Positions 27,559 to 37,326 of a stretch of DNA of 39,032 bases are shown in pieces. The stretch lies in the NCBI GenBank assembly GCA_042216675.1, contig JBDGTS010000055.1, positions 1-39,032 of the forward strand, given 5' to 3'. The stretch comes from Halobacteriaceae archaeon. GTDB lineage: Archaea; Halobacteriota; Halobacteria; Halobacteriales; Halobacteriaceae. The position numbers and the translations under genes were made by a program. The notes under the pieces were generated by a model that saw only the letters and a list, made by a program, of their open reading frames with translations, did not search any database and was not told the DNA's origin. The stretch's first letter is position 1. The number at the start of each line of letters is the position of its first letter.

Positions 27559-27723
27559 ATGGCTGAATGTGTCGAGTGCGGGGCCGAACTGGACCTGCAC
27601 GAGGATCTGGAGGTCGGGGAGATCGTCGACTGCCCCACCTGTGGCACGGAACTCGAAGTGATCGACGTCGACCCCGCGGTGCTCGATACCGCGCCCGAAC
27701 TCGAAGAGGACTGGGGGGAGTGA
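27559..27723 (+). CDS. lysW: Amino-group carrier protein LysW/ArgW
   Basis: CVECG...CPTCG zinc ribbon and C-terminal EEDWGE signature. Confidence 0.96.
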   Translation: MAECVECGAELDLHEDLEVGEIVDCPTCGTELEVIDVDPAVLDTAPELEEDWGE

Positions 27724-27753
27724 CGTGACGGCGGCCCCCGGGAGGTGGTCAGC

Positions 27754-28611
27754 GTGAAGGTCGGCCTGCTCTACTCCCGCATCCGGCGGGACGAGAAGCT
27801 ACTGCTCTCGGAGCTTCGGGAGCGGGGCCACGAGGTCGAGAAAATCGACGTGCGGCGCCAGCGGTTCGGCCTGCACGACGCGCCCGAGGACTTCGAGAAC
27901 CTCGACGTCGTGCTCGACCGCTGTGGCGCGACCAGCCGGAGCCTCTACGTCACGCGCTTCCTTGACGCCTACGGGGTCCCCGTCGTCAACAGTCACGAGA
28001 CGGCGCGCATCTGCGCCGACAAGGTGGAGAACAGCCTCGCTCTCGCGGAGGCCGGCGTGCCGACGCCGACGACGGAAGTCGCGTTCACCGTCGAGAGCGC
28101 CCTCGACATCATCGAGGACTTCGGCTACCCCTGCGTTCTCAAGCCCGTCGTGGGCTCGTGGGGGAACCTGATGGCGAAACTCGACAGCCGCGACGCCGCG
28201 GAGGCCATTCTCGAACACAAGGAGACGCTCGGCCACTACGAGCACAAGGTGTTCTACATCCAGGAGTTCGTGGAGAAGCCGGGCCGCGACATCCGCGTGC
28301 TGGCGACCGACGGCGAACCCGTGGCGGCGATGGTGCGCTCCTCGGACCACTGGCTCACCAACGCCGCACGCGGCGCCGAAACCGACGCGTTCGAGTTAGA
28401 CGACAGAGCGCGCGAACTGGTCGCCGAGGCCTCCGAGGCCGTCGGCGGCGGACTGCTCGGCGTCGACCTGATGGAGACGGGCGACGACTACACCGTCCAC
28501 GAGGTCAACCACACCGTCGAGTTCAAGGCGCTCAACGACACCGTCGAGACAGACGTGGCCGCGGACGTGGTGTCGTGGCTCGAAGCCCGCGCCGGGGAGG
28601 GGAGCCGATGA
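27754..28611 (+). CDS. argX: LysW-glutamate ligase (RimK-type ATP-grasp, ArgX/LysX)
   Basis: KPVVGSWG, YIQEFVEKPGRDIR, EVNHTVEF; GGAGGTG SD before the GTG at 27754; inside the arg operon. Confidence 0.92.
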   Translation: MKVGLLYSRIRRDEKLLLSELRERGHEVEKIDVRRQRFGLHDAPEDFENLDVVLDRCGATSRSLYVTRFLDAYGVPVVNSHETARICADKVENSLALAEAGVPTPTTEVAFTVESALDIIEDFGYPCVLKPVVGSWGNLMAKLDSRDAAEAILEHKETLGHYEHKVFYIQEFVEKPGRDIRVLATDGEPVAAMVRSSDHWLTNAARGAETDAFELDDRARELVAEASEAVGGGLLGVDLMETGDDYTVHEVNHTVEFKALNDTVETDVAADVVSWLEARAGEGSR

Positions 28612-29642
28612 CTCTCACCGCCGGCGTCGTCGGCGGGAGCGGCTTCACGGGCGGCGAACTGCTCCGCCTGCTGGCCGACCACCCCGAGTTCGAGGTGGCA
28701 CAGGCCACCAGTCGCTCGTACACGAACCGCTCGGTGGGCACGGTCCACCCGAACCTGCGGGACCTCGATTTGCGCTTCTCGGACCCCGAGGACCTCGAGT
28801 CGGTGGACGTACTGTTCGCCGCGACGCCCCACGGCGTCTCGATGGCGCGCATCGACGCGTTCCGGAACGCCGCGGACACCGTCGTGGACCTCTCGGCGGA
28901 CTTCCGTCTGGACAGTGCCGCCCCCTACGACGAGTACTACGACGGCCACGACAGGCCCGAACTCCTCGCCGAGTCCGAGTACGCGCTTCCGGAACTGAAC
29001 CGCGAGAACCTGCCGGGCGCGGACCTCATCGCGGCCGGTGGCTGTAACGCGACGGCGACGCTCCTCGCCCTGCATCCCCTCTTCGAGGCGGGCGTCGTCG
29101 AGGACCCGACGACGGTCGTCGACGTGAAAGTCGGCTCCTCGGAGGGCGGCGCGGGCGGCGGCCAAGCCTCCGCGCACGCCGAGCGCTCGGGCGTCGTGCG
29201 CCCGTACGCGCCGACCGGCCACCGCCACGAGGCCGAAATCGAGCAGTTCCTCGGCACCGGGGTCAACTTCACCGTCCACGCCGTCGATATGATTCGCGGC
29301 GCGTCGGCGACGTGCCACCTCATCCCCGAGGAGATGCCCTCGAAGGCCGACCTCTGGAAAGCCCTGCGAGGCGCCTACGGCGACGAACCGTTCGTCCGCT
29401 TCGTCGCGGGGTCCGGCGCCGTCTACCGCTACCCCGAACCGAAGGCCGTCGCTGGCACGAACTACGTCGAACTCGGCTTCGAACTCGACGAGGACAACGG
29501 CCGCGTCGTCCTGTTCTCGGCCATCGACAACATGATGAAAGGGTCGGCCGGACAGGCCGTCCACGCCGCGAACGTCGCCCTCGGCTTCGAGGAGACGGCG
29601 GGACTCGACTTCCGCGGGTTACATCCCGTCGGAGCGCCATAG
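28608..29642 (+). CDS. argC: [LysW]-glutamyl-phosphate reductase (ArgC/LysY)
   Basis: VVGGSGFTGGEL, DLSADFR, GGCNAT, IDNMMKGSAGQA. Confidence 0.94.
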   Translation: MTLTAGVVGGSGFTGGELLRLLADHPEFEVAQATSRSYTNRSVGTVHPNLRDLDLRFSDPEDLESVDVLFAATPHGVSMARIDAFRNAADTVVDLSADFRLDSAAPYDEYYDGHDRPELLAESEYALPELNRENLPGADLIAAGGCNATATLLALHPLFEAGVVEDPTTVVDVKVGSSEGGAGGGQASAHAERSGVVRPYAPTGHRHEAEIEQFLGTGVNFTVHAVDMIRGASATCHLIPEEMPSKADLWKALRGAYGDEPFVRFVAGSGAVYRYPEPKAVAGTNYVELGFELDEDNGRVVLFSAIDNMMKGSAGQAVHAANVALGFEETAGLDFRGLHPVGAP

Positions 29643-29678
29643 CCGAGCCATGACCGCCACACAGTGGAGGGCGAACGG

Positions 29679-30494
29679 ATGACCGTGGTCGTGAAAATCG
29701 GCGGCGCGCGCGCCGTCGACCCGTCGGGCGCACTCGCCGACGTGGCCGACGTGGACGACGACGTGGTCGTGGTCCACGGCGGGTCGACGGCCGTCGACGA
29801 CCTTCTGGACCGCCTCGACATCGAACCGACCTACGTCGAAACGCCCGACGGCGTCGTGGGTCGCTTCACCGACGCCGAGACCATGGAGGCGTTCACGATG
29901 GCGATGAGCGCGGTGAACACGGACCTCGTCGCGGGCCTCCAGAACGAGGGCGTCGACGCCGTTGGCCTCTCCGGCGTCGACGGCAGACTGCTCACCGGTC
30001 CCCGGAAGTCCGCCGTCCGCGTCGTCGAGGACGGCACGAAGAAGATCAAGCGCGGCGACCACTCCGGCGCGATTCGGGACGTGAACACCGACTTGCTGGA
30101 GACGCTCCTCGCCGACCACGTGCCCGTCGTCGGCCCGCCGATGCTCGGCGACGACGACGGCGACTGGCTTCCCGTCAACAGCGACGCGGACCGGGCGGCC
30201 GCGGCCATCGCGGGCGCTCTCGACGCCAGCCTCGTCGTCCTGACCGACGTGCCCGGACTGCTTCGGGACGTGGACGACGGAGACTCGCTCATCGAACGCG
30301 TCGACTCCCCCGACGCGCTTCGGGAGGCCCGCACGGCCGCCGAGGGCTTCATGGGCAAGAAAGTCATGGCGGCCGAGGAAGCGCTCGAAGGCGGCGCGAC
30401 GCGCGTCGTCGTCGCCTCCGCGAACGCGGACGCGCCCATCGGCGCGGCCCTGTCCGGCGCCGGGACCACCTTCACACCTGACTGCATCTCATGA
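29679..30494 (+). CDS. argB: [LysW]-glutamate kinase (ArgB/LysZ)
   Basis: VVKIGG, VHGG, NSDAD, LTDVPG, MGKK amino-acid kinase motifs. Confidence 0.93.
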   Translation: MTVVVKIGGARAVDPSGALADVADVDDDVVVVHGGSTAVDDLLDRLDIEPTYVETPDGVVGRFTDAETMEAFTMAMSAVNTDLVAGLQNEGVDAVGLSGVDGRLLTGPRKSAVRVVEDGTKKIKRGDHSGAIRDVNTDLLETLLADHVPVVGPPMLGDDDGDWLPVNSDADRAAAAIAGALDASLVVLTDVPGLLRDVDDGDSLIERVDSPDALREARTAAEGFMGKKVMAAEEALEGGATRVVVASANADAPIGAALSGAGTTFTPDCIS

Positions 30495-31621
30495 ACTTCG
30501 TCACGTCCGAGAAACCGATTCGCATCGAACGCGGAGAGGGACCGTACCTCTACGACGACGGCGGCACCGAGTATCTCGACTGCGGCGCGAGCTACGCCTG
30601 CACGCCGCTCGGCCACTCTCACCCCGGCGTCACCGACGCCGTCTGCGAGCAGGCCCGCGAACTGACCTTCGTGCAGGCCTCCTACCCGACAGACGTGCGG
30701 GACCGGGCCTACGCCACCCTCGCCGCGGCCGCACCCGGCGACGTCGAGAACGTGTGGCTCTGTAACTCCGGGACCGAAGCCAACGAGGCCGCACTCAAGT
30801 TCGCCCGGAGCGCCACCGAGCGCTCGAAAATCGTCGCCACGACCCGGGGCTTCCACGGCCGCACGATGGGCGCACTCGCGACGACGTGGAAAGACGAGTA
30901 CAAGGAGCCGTTCGAACCGCTCATCGGCGACGTGGAGTTCGTGCCGTACGGCGACGAAGCGGAACTCCGCGACGCCGTCGACGACGAGACGGCGGGCGTC
31001 ATCATGGAGCCGATTCAGGGCGAGGGCGGCGTCAACCCCGCGCCCGAGGGCTACCTCGACGCCGCGCGCGAGGCCACCGAGGACGCGGGCGCGGCCCTCA
31101 TCCTCGACGAGGTGCAGACGGGCGTCGGCCGCACGGGCACGCTGTGGGCCTGCGAACAGGCCGGCGTGGTCCCCGACATGCTGACGACGGCGAAGGGGCT
31201 GGGCAACGGCCTGCCGGTCGGCGCCACCCTCGTCGCCGACTGGGTGGCCGACGGCGCCGGCTCCCACAACGCGACGTTCAGCGGCGGTCCCGTCATCAGC
31301 GCCGCCGTGGACGAGACGGTGTCCACCGTCGTCGAGGAGGAGTGGCCCGCTCACGCCGAGGCGGTGGGCTCGCACCTCCGCGAGCAGATTCGCGCACAGG
31401 CCGGCGACGACGTGCGCGAGGTGCGCGGGTCGGGCCTGATGGTCGGCGTCGAGGTGAAGCGGGGGGCGAACCGCATCACGAAGCGCCTCGCGCTGAACCA
31501 CGAGATTCTCGCGCTCCCGGCAGGCCGGACCGTCGTGCGCTTCCTCCCACCGCTGGTCATCGAGGAGGCCCACGCCGACGAGATCGCGACGGCCCTCGCC
31601 GACGTGCTGGAGGGGATGTGA
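30491..31621 (+). CDS. argD: [LysW]-ornithine aminotransferase (ArgD/LysJ)
   Basis: NSGTEANEAA, FHGRT, EPIQGEGG, DEVQTG, AKGLGNG class-III aminotransferase motifs. Confidence 0.94.
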   Translation: MNFVTSEKPIRIERGEGPYLYDDGGTEYLDCGASYACTPLGHSHPGVTDAVCEQARELTFVQASYPTDVRDRAYATLAAAAPGDVENVWLCNSGTEANEAALKFARSATERSKIVATTRGFHGRTMGALATTWKDEYKEPFEPLIGDVEFVPYGDEAELRDAVDDETAGVIMEPIQGEGGVNPAPEGYLDAAREATEDAGAALILDEVQTGVGRTGTLWACEQAGVVPDMLTTAKGLGNGLPVGATLVADWVADGAGSHNATFSGGPVISAAVDETVSTVVEEEWPAHAEAVGSHLREQIRAQAGDDVREVRGSGLMVGVEVKRGANRITKRLALNHEILALPAGRTVVRFLPPLVIEEAHADEIATALADVLEGM

Positions 31622-32655
31622 TGAGCGTCACTCTCGACCGCGAGGCGGCCCGTGATCTCGTCTTCGACCTCGTGGCGACGCCCTCCCCCTCAGGCGAGGA
31701 AGCGGAGTGCGCGGAGCTGCTCGTGGACTTCTTCGAGTCCCACGGCCGGGAGGCGTGGATCGACGACATCGGCAACGTCCGCGCGCCGGCCGACGACAGC
31801 GTTCTGCTCACGTCCCACATCGACACGGTGCCGGGCGACATCCCCGTCGAAATCGAGGACGACGAACTGTGGGGCCGCGGCAGCGTGGACGCGAAGGGGC
31901 CGCTGGCGGCGATGGCCGCGGTGGCCGTGGAGACGGGTGTCTCATTCGCCGGCGTCGTCGGCGAGGAAGTCGACTCCCGCGGCGCGCGGCACCTCGTCGA
32001 GAACCGCGAGGACGCGCCCGAGGCCGTCGTCAACGGCGAGCCCTCGGGCTGGGAAGGCATCACGCTCGGCTACCGGGGACTGCTGGCTGGCCGCTACGTC
32101 TCCACGTCCGAGCAGGGCCACTCCTCGCGCCCCGACAAGAACGCGATTCAGGAGGCCATCGACTGGTGGAGCGCCGTCGAGGACAGATTCGACCCCGACG
32201 AGTGGACGCCCATCTTCGAGCAGGTGACGACCAAACCCATCAGCATCGACGGCGGTCCGACTCCGGACGGCCTCTCCGTCGAGGCGACGATGGAGGTCCA
32301 ACTCCGCGTCCCGCCTCAGTACACCCCCGAAGAAGTGCGGGAAATCGCCGACGGCGAACTCGACGGGGGGACCGTCAACTGGTACGATTCGGTCCACCCG
32401 GTCATGGAGAGCTCCCGAAACCCCGTCGCACGGGCGTTCCGGGCGGCGATCCGCACGACGGACGGCGACCCGACGATGCTCCGCAAGACGGGGACCAGTG
32501 ACATGAACGTCTTCGCCCGGTCGTGGGACTGTCCGATGGTGACCTACGGCCCCGGCGACTCGGACCTCGACCACGCGCCGAACGAGCACCTCGAACTCGG
32601 GGAGTTCGACCGCAGCGTGGCCGTTCTCGAACGCGTGTGTGATCGCCTCGCATGA
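31621..32655 (+). CDS. argE: [LysW]-ornithine hydrolase (ArgE/LysK, M20 family)
   Basis: SHIDTVPG, GRGSVDAKG, GEE, GTSDMN, DHAPNEH. Confidence 0.93.
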   Translation: MSVTLDREAARDLVFDLVATPSPSGEEAECAELLVDFFESHGREAWIDDIGNVRAPADDSVLLTSHIDTVPGDIPVEIEDDELWGRGSVDAKGPLAAMAAVAVETGVSFAGVVGEEVDSRGARHLVENREDAPEAVVNGEPSGWEGITLGYRGLLAGRYVSTSEQGHSSRPDKNAIQEAIDWWSAVEDRFDPDEWTPIFEQVTTKPISIDGGPTPDGLSVEATMEVQLRVPPQYTPEEVREIADGELDGGTVNWYDSVHPVMESSRNPVARAFRAAIRTTDGDPTMLRKTGTSDMNVFARSWDCPMVTYGPGDSDLDHAPNEHLELGEFDRSVAVLERVCDRLA

Positions 32656-33557
32656 CCCTCGACGACGACCCAGCCCATCTGATAGACGTCGACGACTTGA
32701 CCCGCGAGGACGTCTCGCAGGTCCTCGACCGCGCGGCCGCGCTGAAGGCCGGCGAAACGACCCCCCGCTTTCCCGACTACACGCTCGGGATGCTGTTCGA
32801 GAAGCCCAGCACGCGGACGCGGGTGTCCTTCGAGACGGGGATGACCCAACTCGGCGGGCACGCCATCTTCCTCGGCGAGGACGACATCCAACTCGGCCGG
32901 GGCGAACCCATCAAGGACACCTCGCGGACCCTCTCGCGCTACGTGGACGCGGTGATGGCGCGCCTCTTCGAGCACGAGAAGATGGAGGAACTGGCCGAAT
33001 ACGCCGACGTGCCCGTCGTCAACGGCCTCACCGACCGGGCACACCCCTGTCAGACGCTCGCGGACCTGCTGACGATACGGGAGCGCTTCCCCGACTTCGA
33101 CGCCTCGGTGACGTGGGTCGGCGACGGCAACAACGTCGCGCAGTCCTTCGCCATTGGCTGTGCCCTCGTCGGCATCGACCTCACGGTGGCGACGCCGGAG
33201 GGCTACGGTCTCGACGACGAGGTGCTGGCTCGCGCCGACGGACTCGGGAACGCTCCCGAGACGACCCACGACCCCGTCGCGGCCGTCGAGGGCGCGGACG
33301 TGGTGTACACGGACGTCTGGGTCAGCATGGGCGAGGAGTCGGCTCGCGAGGAGAAACTGCCCGACTTCGAGGGCTTTCAGGTGAACGCCGACCTGCTCAC
33401 GCACGCGCCGGAGGCAGTGGTGATGCACTGTCTCCCCGCCCACCGCGGCGAGGAGATCACCGACGAGATCGTGGAGAGCGACCGCGCCATCGTCTTCGAC
33501 CAAGCCGAGAACCGCCTGCACGCCCAGAAAGGGTTGCTCGTCGAAGTGCTGGACTGA
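32652..33557 (+). CDS. argF: Ornithine carbamoyltransferase
   Basis: KPSTRTR, HPCQTLAD, VWVSMG, HCLP. Confidence 0.97.
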   Translation: MTLDDDPAHLIDVDDLTREDVSQVLDRAAALKAGETTPRFPDYTLGMLFEKPSTRTRVSFETGMTQLGGHAIFLGEDDIQLGRGEPIKDTSRTLSRYVDAVMARLFEHEKMEELAEYADVPVVNGLTDRAHPCQTLADLLTIRERFPDFDASVTWVGDGNNVAQSFAIGCALVGIDLTVATPEGYGLDDEVLARADGLGNAPETTHDPVAAVEGADVVYTDVWVSMGEESAREEKLPDFEGFQVNADLLTHAPEAVVMHCLPAHRGEEITDEIVESDRAIVFDQAENRLHAQKGLLVEVLD

Positions 33558-33599
33558 GAGCGCCAACTTTCTTGCATTCGTGGGCCGACACGTCGGCGC

Positions 33600-33977
33600 A
33601 TGGAGCCATCGAGACGTGACCTGTTGACGACGCTGGGTAGCGTGGGGGCCGCGACGGTGCTGGCCGGCTGTTCCAGCGGGGGTGACTCGGGGTCAGCGTC
33701 ACCGACGAGCGCTGCCGGCCCGGAGCGTGGGCCGGTGGAGACGTTCCGGCAGTTCAACACCGCACTGAAGAACGGCAACGAGCAGAAGGCAAAGACGTAC
33801 CTCCACCCGGACTGGAACACCCCCGTCGAGGACATGGACAGCGCCGCGGACCCCTCGGTCAGGCTACTGGAGCAGTCGGACACGGAGGCGACGGTCGAAG
33901 TCGACTCCGAGCAAGTCACCGTCCACATCATCATGCGCGTCCACGACGGCGAGTGGAAGATCTACGACTCCGAGTGA
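33600..33977 (+). CDS. Small Tat lipoprotein (possible NTF2-like fold)
   Basis: SRRDLL...VLAGC; C-terminal DGEWKIY strand pattern. Confidence 0.8.
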   Translation: MEPSRRDLLTTLGSVGAATVLAGCSSGGDSGSASPTSAAGPERGPVETFRQFNTALKNGNEQKAKTYLHPDWNTPVEDMDSAADPSVRLLEQSDTEATVEVDSEQVTVHIIMRVHDGEWKIYDSE

Positions 33978-34016
33978 ACCGCCTCCTTTTTGCCCGGCGC
34001 CCGCCTCCGTTCGCCC

Positions 34017-35276
34017 ATGAGTCTCGACCTCACCGCGGCGCCCGAGGAACCCCCCGCCGAGGCCACGGACGGCGCGTGGCTGACCTGCATCGAGTGCGGG
34101 GAGACGTTCGCGCCGTTCGCGGCCATCCGGTACACCTGCGACGACTGCGGGGGCCTGCTCGAAGTCCGCTACGCCGACCAGCCCGGCTTCGACGACTTCG
34201 AGGGCCGCGGCGTCTGGCGCTACAGCGCCGCCCTGCCCTTCGCGGAGGGCGTGACGCTCCCCGAGGGCGACACGCCCCTGCACCGCGTGCCGCGCCTCGA
34301 AGACGAGATCGGCGTGAACGCGCTCCGAATCAAACACGAGGGGATGAACCCCACCGGGTCGTTCAAGGACCGCGGGATGACGGTGGGCGTCCGCGCGGCC
34401 CAAGCCGTCGGCGTGGACCGACTGGCCTGCGCCTCGACGGGCAACACGTCGGCGGCGCTCTCCGCGTACGGCTCTCGCGCCGACATGCAGACGCTCGTCC
34501 TCCTGCCCGCCGGGAAAGTCGCCGCGGGGAAGGTGGCGCAGGCCAGCCTCCACGGCGCACGCATCCTCGAAGTGGACGGCAACTTCGACTCCTGTCTCGA
34601 CATCGTACAGGACCTCGCGGACCGGGGCGAGGCGTACCTGCTGAACTCCTTGAACCCGTTCCGACTGGAGGGCCAGAAGACCATCGGCCTCGAAATTCTG
34701 GAGGCCTTCGAGGCCGACTACGGCCGCCTGCCCGACCGCATCGTCCTGCCGGTGGGCAACGCGGGCAACACCGCCGCCCTCTACAAGTGCTTCCGCGAAC
34801 TCGTGCAGGCCGACGCCATCGACCCCGACGACGTGCCGATGCTCACGGGCGTCCAAGCCGAAGGCGCGGCCCCGATGGTCGAGGCCATCGAGAACGGCTG
34901 GGACCACGTGGAGCGCTGGGACGAGGTGGAGACGCGCGCGACGGCCATCCGCATCGGCAACCCCGTGAACGCGCCGAAGGCCCTTCCCGGCATCCGACAG
35001 ACGGGCGGCACCGCCGTCGCCGTCTCGGACGAGGAAATCACCGACGCCCAGCGCACCCTCGCGGGCGAGGGCGTCGGCGTCGAACCGGCCTCGGCGGCGT
35101 CCGTCGCGGGCCTCCGAAAACTCCGAAACAGCGGCGTCGTCGCCGACGACGAGGACGTGGTCTGTCTGACCACGGGACACCTGCTCAAGGACCCCGAAGC
35201 GGCCGCGGCGGCCGGCAACGAACCCGAACCGGTGCCCAACGACACGGACGCGGTGCTGGAGCACCTCGCCGACTGA
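34017..35276 (+). CDS. thrC: Threonine synthase
   Basis: N-terminal CxxC..CxxC, NPTGSFKDRG, ASTGNT, PVGNAGN, LTTGHLLKD. Confidence 0.95.
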   Translation: MSLDLTAAPEEPPAEATDGAWLTCIECGETFAPFAAIRYTCDDCGGLLEVRYADQPGFDDFEGRGVWRYSAALPFAEGVTLPEGDTPLHRVPRLEDEIGVNALRIKHEGMNPTGSFKDRGMTVGVRAAQAVGVDRLACASTGNTSAALSAYGSRADMQTLVLLPAGKVAAGKVAQASLHGARILEVDGNFDSCLDIVQDLADRGEAYLLNSLNPFRLEGQKTIGLEILEAFEADYGRLPDRIVLPVGNAGNTAALYKCFRELVQADAIDPDDVPMLTGVQAEGAAPMVEAIENGWDHVERWDEVETRATAIRIGNPVNAPKALPGIRQTGGTAVAVSDEEITDAQRTLAGEGVGVEPASAASVAGLRKLRNSGVVADDEDVVCLTTGHLLKDPEAAAAAGNEPEPVPNDTDAVLEHLAD

Positions 35277-35331
35277 GCGTCGGACGCCCGTCTGCCCGGG
35301 GTTTTTTGCACGATAGTTCGTAGGACAGAGT

Positions 35332-35502
35332 ATGGCGACCGACGGCGAGACGCCGGAGAACGACGCGGTTCGGGTCGCCGCACTCGAAGGAGCCATCGCC
35401 GCACTAGAGGCGCGACTCGCGCAGGCAGAGGGGACAGAGCGGGAGCAACTGCGGGCGGAGTTGGCCGCGCGGCGGCGCGAACTGGACCGGGTGCGCGACT
35501 AG
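35332..35502 (+). CDS. Small coiled-coil hypothetical protein (56 aa, not in the ORF track)
   Basis: Manual translation MATDGETPENDAVRVAALEGAIAALEARLAQAEGTEREQLRAELAARRRELDRVRD*; its stop overlaps the serA stop (CTAG). Confidence 0.6.
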   Translation: MATDGETPENDAVRVAALEGAIAALEARLAQAEGTEREQLRAELAARRRELDRVRD

Positions 35503-37085
35503 TCGCCGTTGAGTTCGATGGCGACGATGTCGATGACGCGGTCGTCAGCGAGCAACTGCTCGCGAACCTCGTCGGTCACCGGGTCGTCGAGGTTGTACAC
35601 CGTCAGCGCCTCGCCGCCGATGGTCTGGCGGGCGTTGAACATCCCGGCGATGTTGACGTCGTGGTCACCGAGCACGGAGCCGATGAGACCGATGACGCCG
35701 GGTTCGTCGCTGTTCCGCGCGACCATCATGTGGCCGTGCGGGATGGCGTCGACGCGGAAGCCGTCGATAGAGACGAGGCGCGGGTCGTCGCCGGCGAACA
35801 AGGTGCCGGAGACGCTCACCTCGTCCTCGTCGCCGCGGACGGTGACGGTGACGAGGCTCTGGAAGTCCGCGGACTGGGCCGTCTTGCTCTCGGTGACCTC
35901 GATGCCGCGCTCCTCGGCCACCTTGTCGGCGTTGACGGCGTTGACGCGCCACTCGAGGGGGTCGAAGGCGCCCTTCTGTGCGCTCGCGGTGACCAGTTCC
36001 ACGTCCTCGTCGGCGATGTCGCCCTCGTAGGTGACTTCGACGGCGTTGAGGCGGCCCTCCAGCAGTTCGGCGCCCACCTTGCCCGCCGTCTCCGCGATGT
36101 CGATGTAGGGGCGGATGCGCGGGAACGCGCTCTTGTCCACGGACGGGGCGTTGAGGGCGTTGACGACCGGTTCGTCGTTGAACGCCGCCAGCACCTGTTC
36201 GGCGGTGTCGGTGGCGACGTTCTCCTGTGCGGCCTCCGTGCTGGCGCCGAGGTGCGGCGTCACGATGACGTCGTCCTGTTCGAGGAGGGGGCTGTCCTCA
36301 GGGAGGGGTTCCTCGGCGAACACGTCGAGTGCCGCGCCTTCGAGGATGCCGTCGGCGACGGCCTCGGCGAGAGCGTCCTCCTGCACGATGCCGCCGCGGG
36401 CGCAGTTGACGAGGTAGCCGCCCTCAAGTTCGGCGAGTTCCTCCTCGCCGATCATGCCCTCCGTCTCGGGGAGCAGGGGCGTGTGGACGGTGACGTAGTC
36501 GGCCATCCCGATGCAGTCGTGGAGGTCGTCCACGAGTTCGGCGCCGAGTTGCTCGGCGCGTTCCTCGCCGATGTACGGGTCGTAGACGGCGAGGTCCATG
36601 CCGAGCGAGGCCAGCCGTTTGGCGACTTCCTGCCCGACGCGACCCAGACCGATGATGCCCAGCGTCTTGTTGTTGACCTCGTTGCCGAGGTAGTCGCCTT
36701 TCGCCCACTCGCCGCCGCGGAGGCGGGCGTGGGCTTGGGGAATCGAGCGGGCGGCCGCGAACAGCATCGCGACGGTGTGCTCGGCGGCGGCGCGGACGTT
36801 GCCCTGCGGCGCGTTGGCGACGATGACGCCGTGGTCGGTGGCGGCGTCGATGTCGATGTTGTCGACGCCGATGCCGGCGCGCCCGACGATGACGAGGTCC
36901 TCGGCCGTCTCGAACACCGTCTCGTTCACGTCCGTGCCGGAGCGGACGATGAGCGCGTTCGCGTCCGCGACGACGTCGAGAAGCGCGTCGCCCTCGACCT
37001 CGTAGGCTGTCTCCACCTCGTGGCCCGCGTCGCGGAGCAGTTCGAGCCCCGCGTCAGCGATCGGGTCCGTGACGACTACCTTCAT
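35499..37085 (-). CDS. serA: D-3-phosphoglycerate dehydrogenase (with ASB and ACT domains)
   Basis: RAGIGVDNID, GLGRVG, NCARGG, TPHLGAST; C-terminal ACT (DEPGVIG...VNIAGM). Confidence 0.96.
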   Translation of the reverse strand: MKVVVTDPIADAGLELLRDAGHEVETAYEVEGDALLDVVADANALIVRSGTDVNETVFETAEDLVIVGRAGIGVDNIDIDAATDHGVIVANAPQGNVRAAAEHTVAMLFAAARSIPQAHARLRGGEWAKGDYLGNEVNNKTLGIIGLGRVGQEVAKRLASLGMDLAVYDPYIGEERAEQLGAELVDDLHDCIGMADYVTVHTPLLPETEGMIGEEELAELEGGYLVNCARGGIVQEDALAEAVADGILEGAALDVFAEEPLPEDSPLLEQDDVIVTPHLGASTEAAQENVATDTAEQVLAAFNDEPVVNALNAPSVDKSAFPRIRPYIDIAETAGKVGAELLEGRLNAVEVTYEGDIADEDVELVTASAQKGAFDPLEWRVNAVNADKVAEERGIEVTESKTAQSADFQSLVTVTVRGDEDEVSVSGTLFAGDDPRLVSIDGFRVDAIPHGHMMVARNSDEPGVIGLIGSVLGDHDVNIAGMFNARQTIGGEALTVYNLDDPVTDEVREQLLADDRVIDIVAIELNGD

Positions 37086-37155
37086 GTACGAGCGAAACCG
37101 TGGCCGGGGGTTAACGCTTTCCACATCGCCGCGGCTCTCGGGGCCTCTGGGCGAT

Positions 37156-37297
37156 TAAAAGCGGTCTCGGGGGAGCCGCGCCGGCGGACGCGGATGGGAC
37201 AGGTCCCCGGACGCTCACGAACTGACCGCCCGGCCGAGTGCATGGGGTCACGGCGTCCCGCGCACCGATGCCCACGGTGGGGGAACGCGCCGGGCAC
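37156..37297 (-). ncRNA. Candidate structured small RNA between serA and serB
   Basis: Orphan TATA-like AAAACCTAAG upstream; several stems; ends in TTTTAAT; serA and serB each have their own promoter-like box. Confidence 0.35.
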
Positions 37298-37326
37298 TTC
37301 GACCTGAACGCCCCACCCACTTAGGT

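Noticed and set aside
37082-37297. 71-aa GTG ORF starting at the predicted orphan TSS and overlapping the serA start (ATGA)
   Set aside because: Basic, Arg/Pro-rich composition and a leaderless GTG start make coding unlikely; a structured RNA explains the region better, though a uORF role cannot be excluded.
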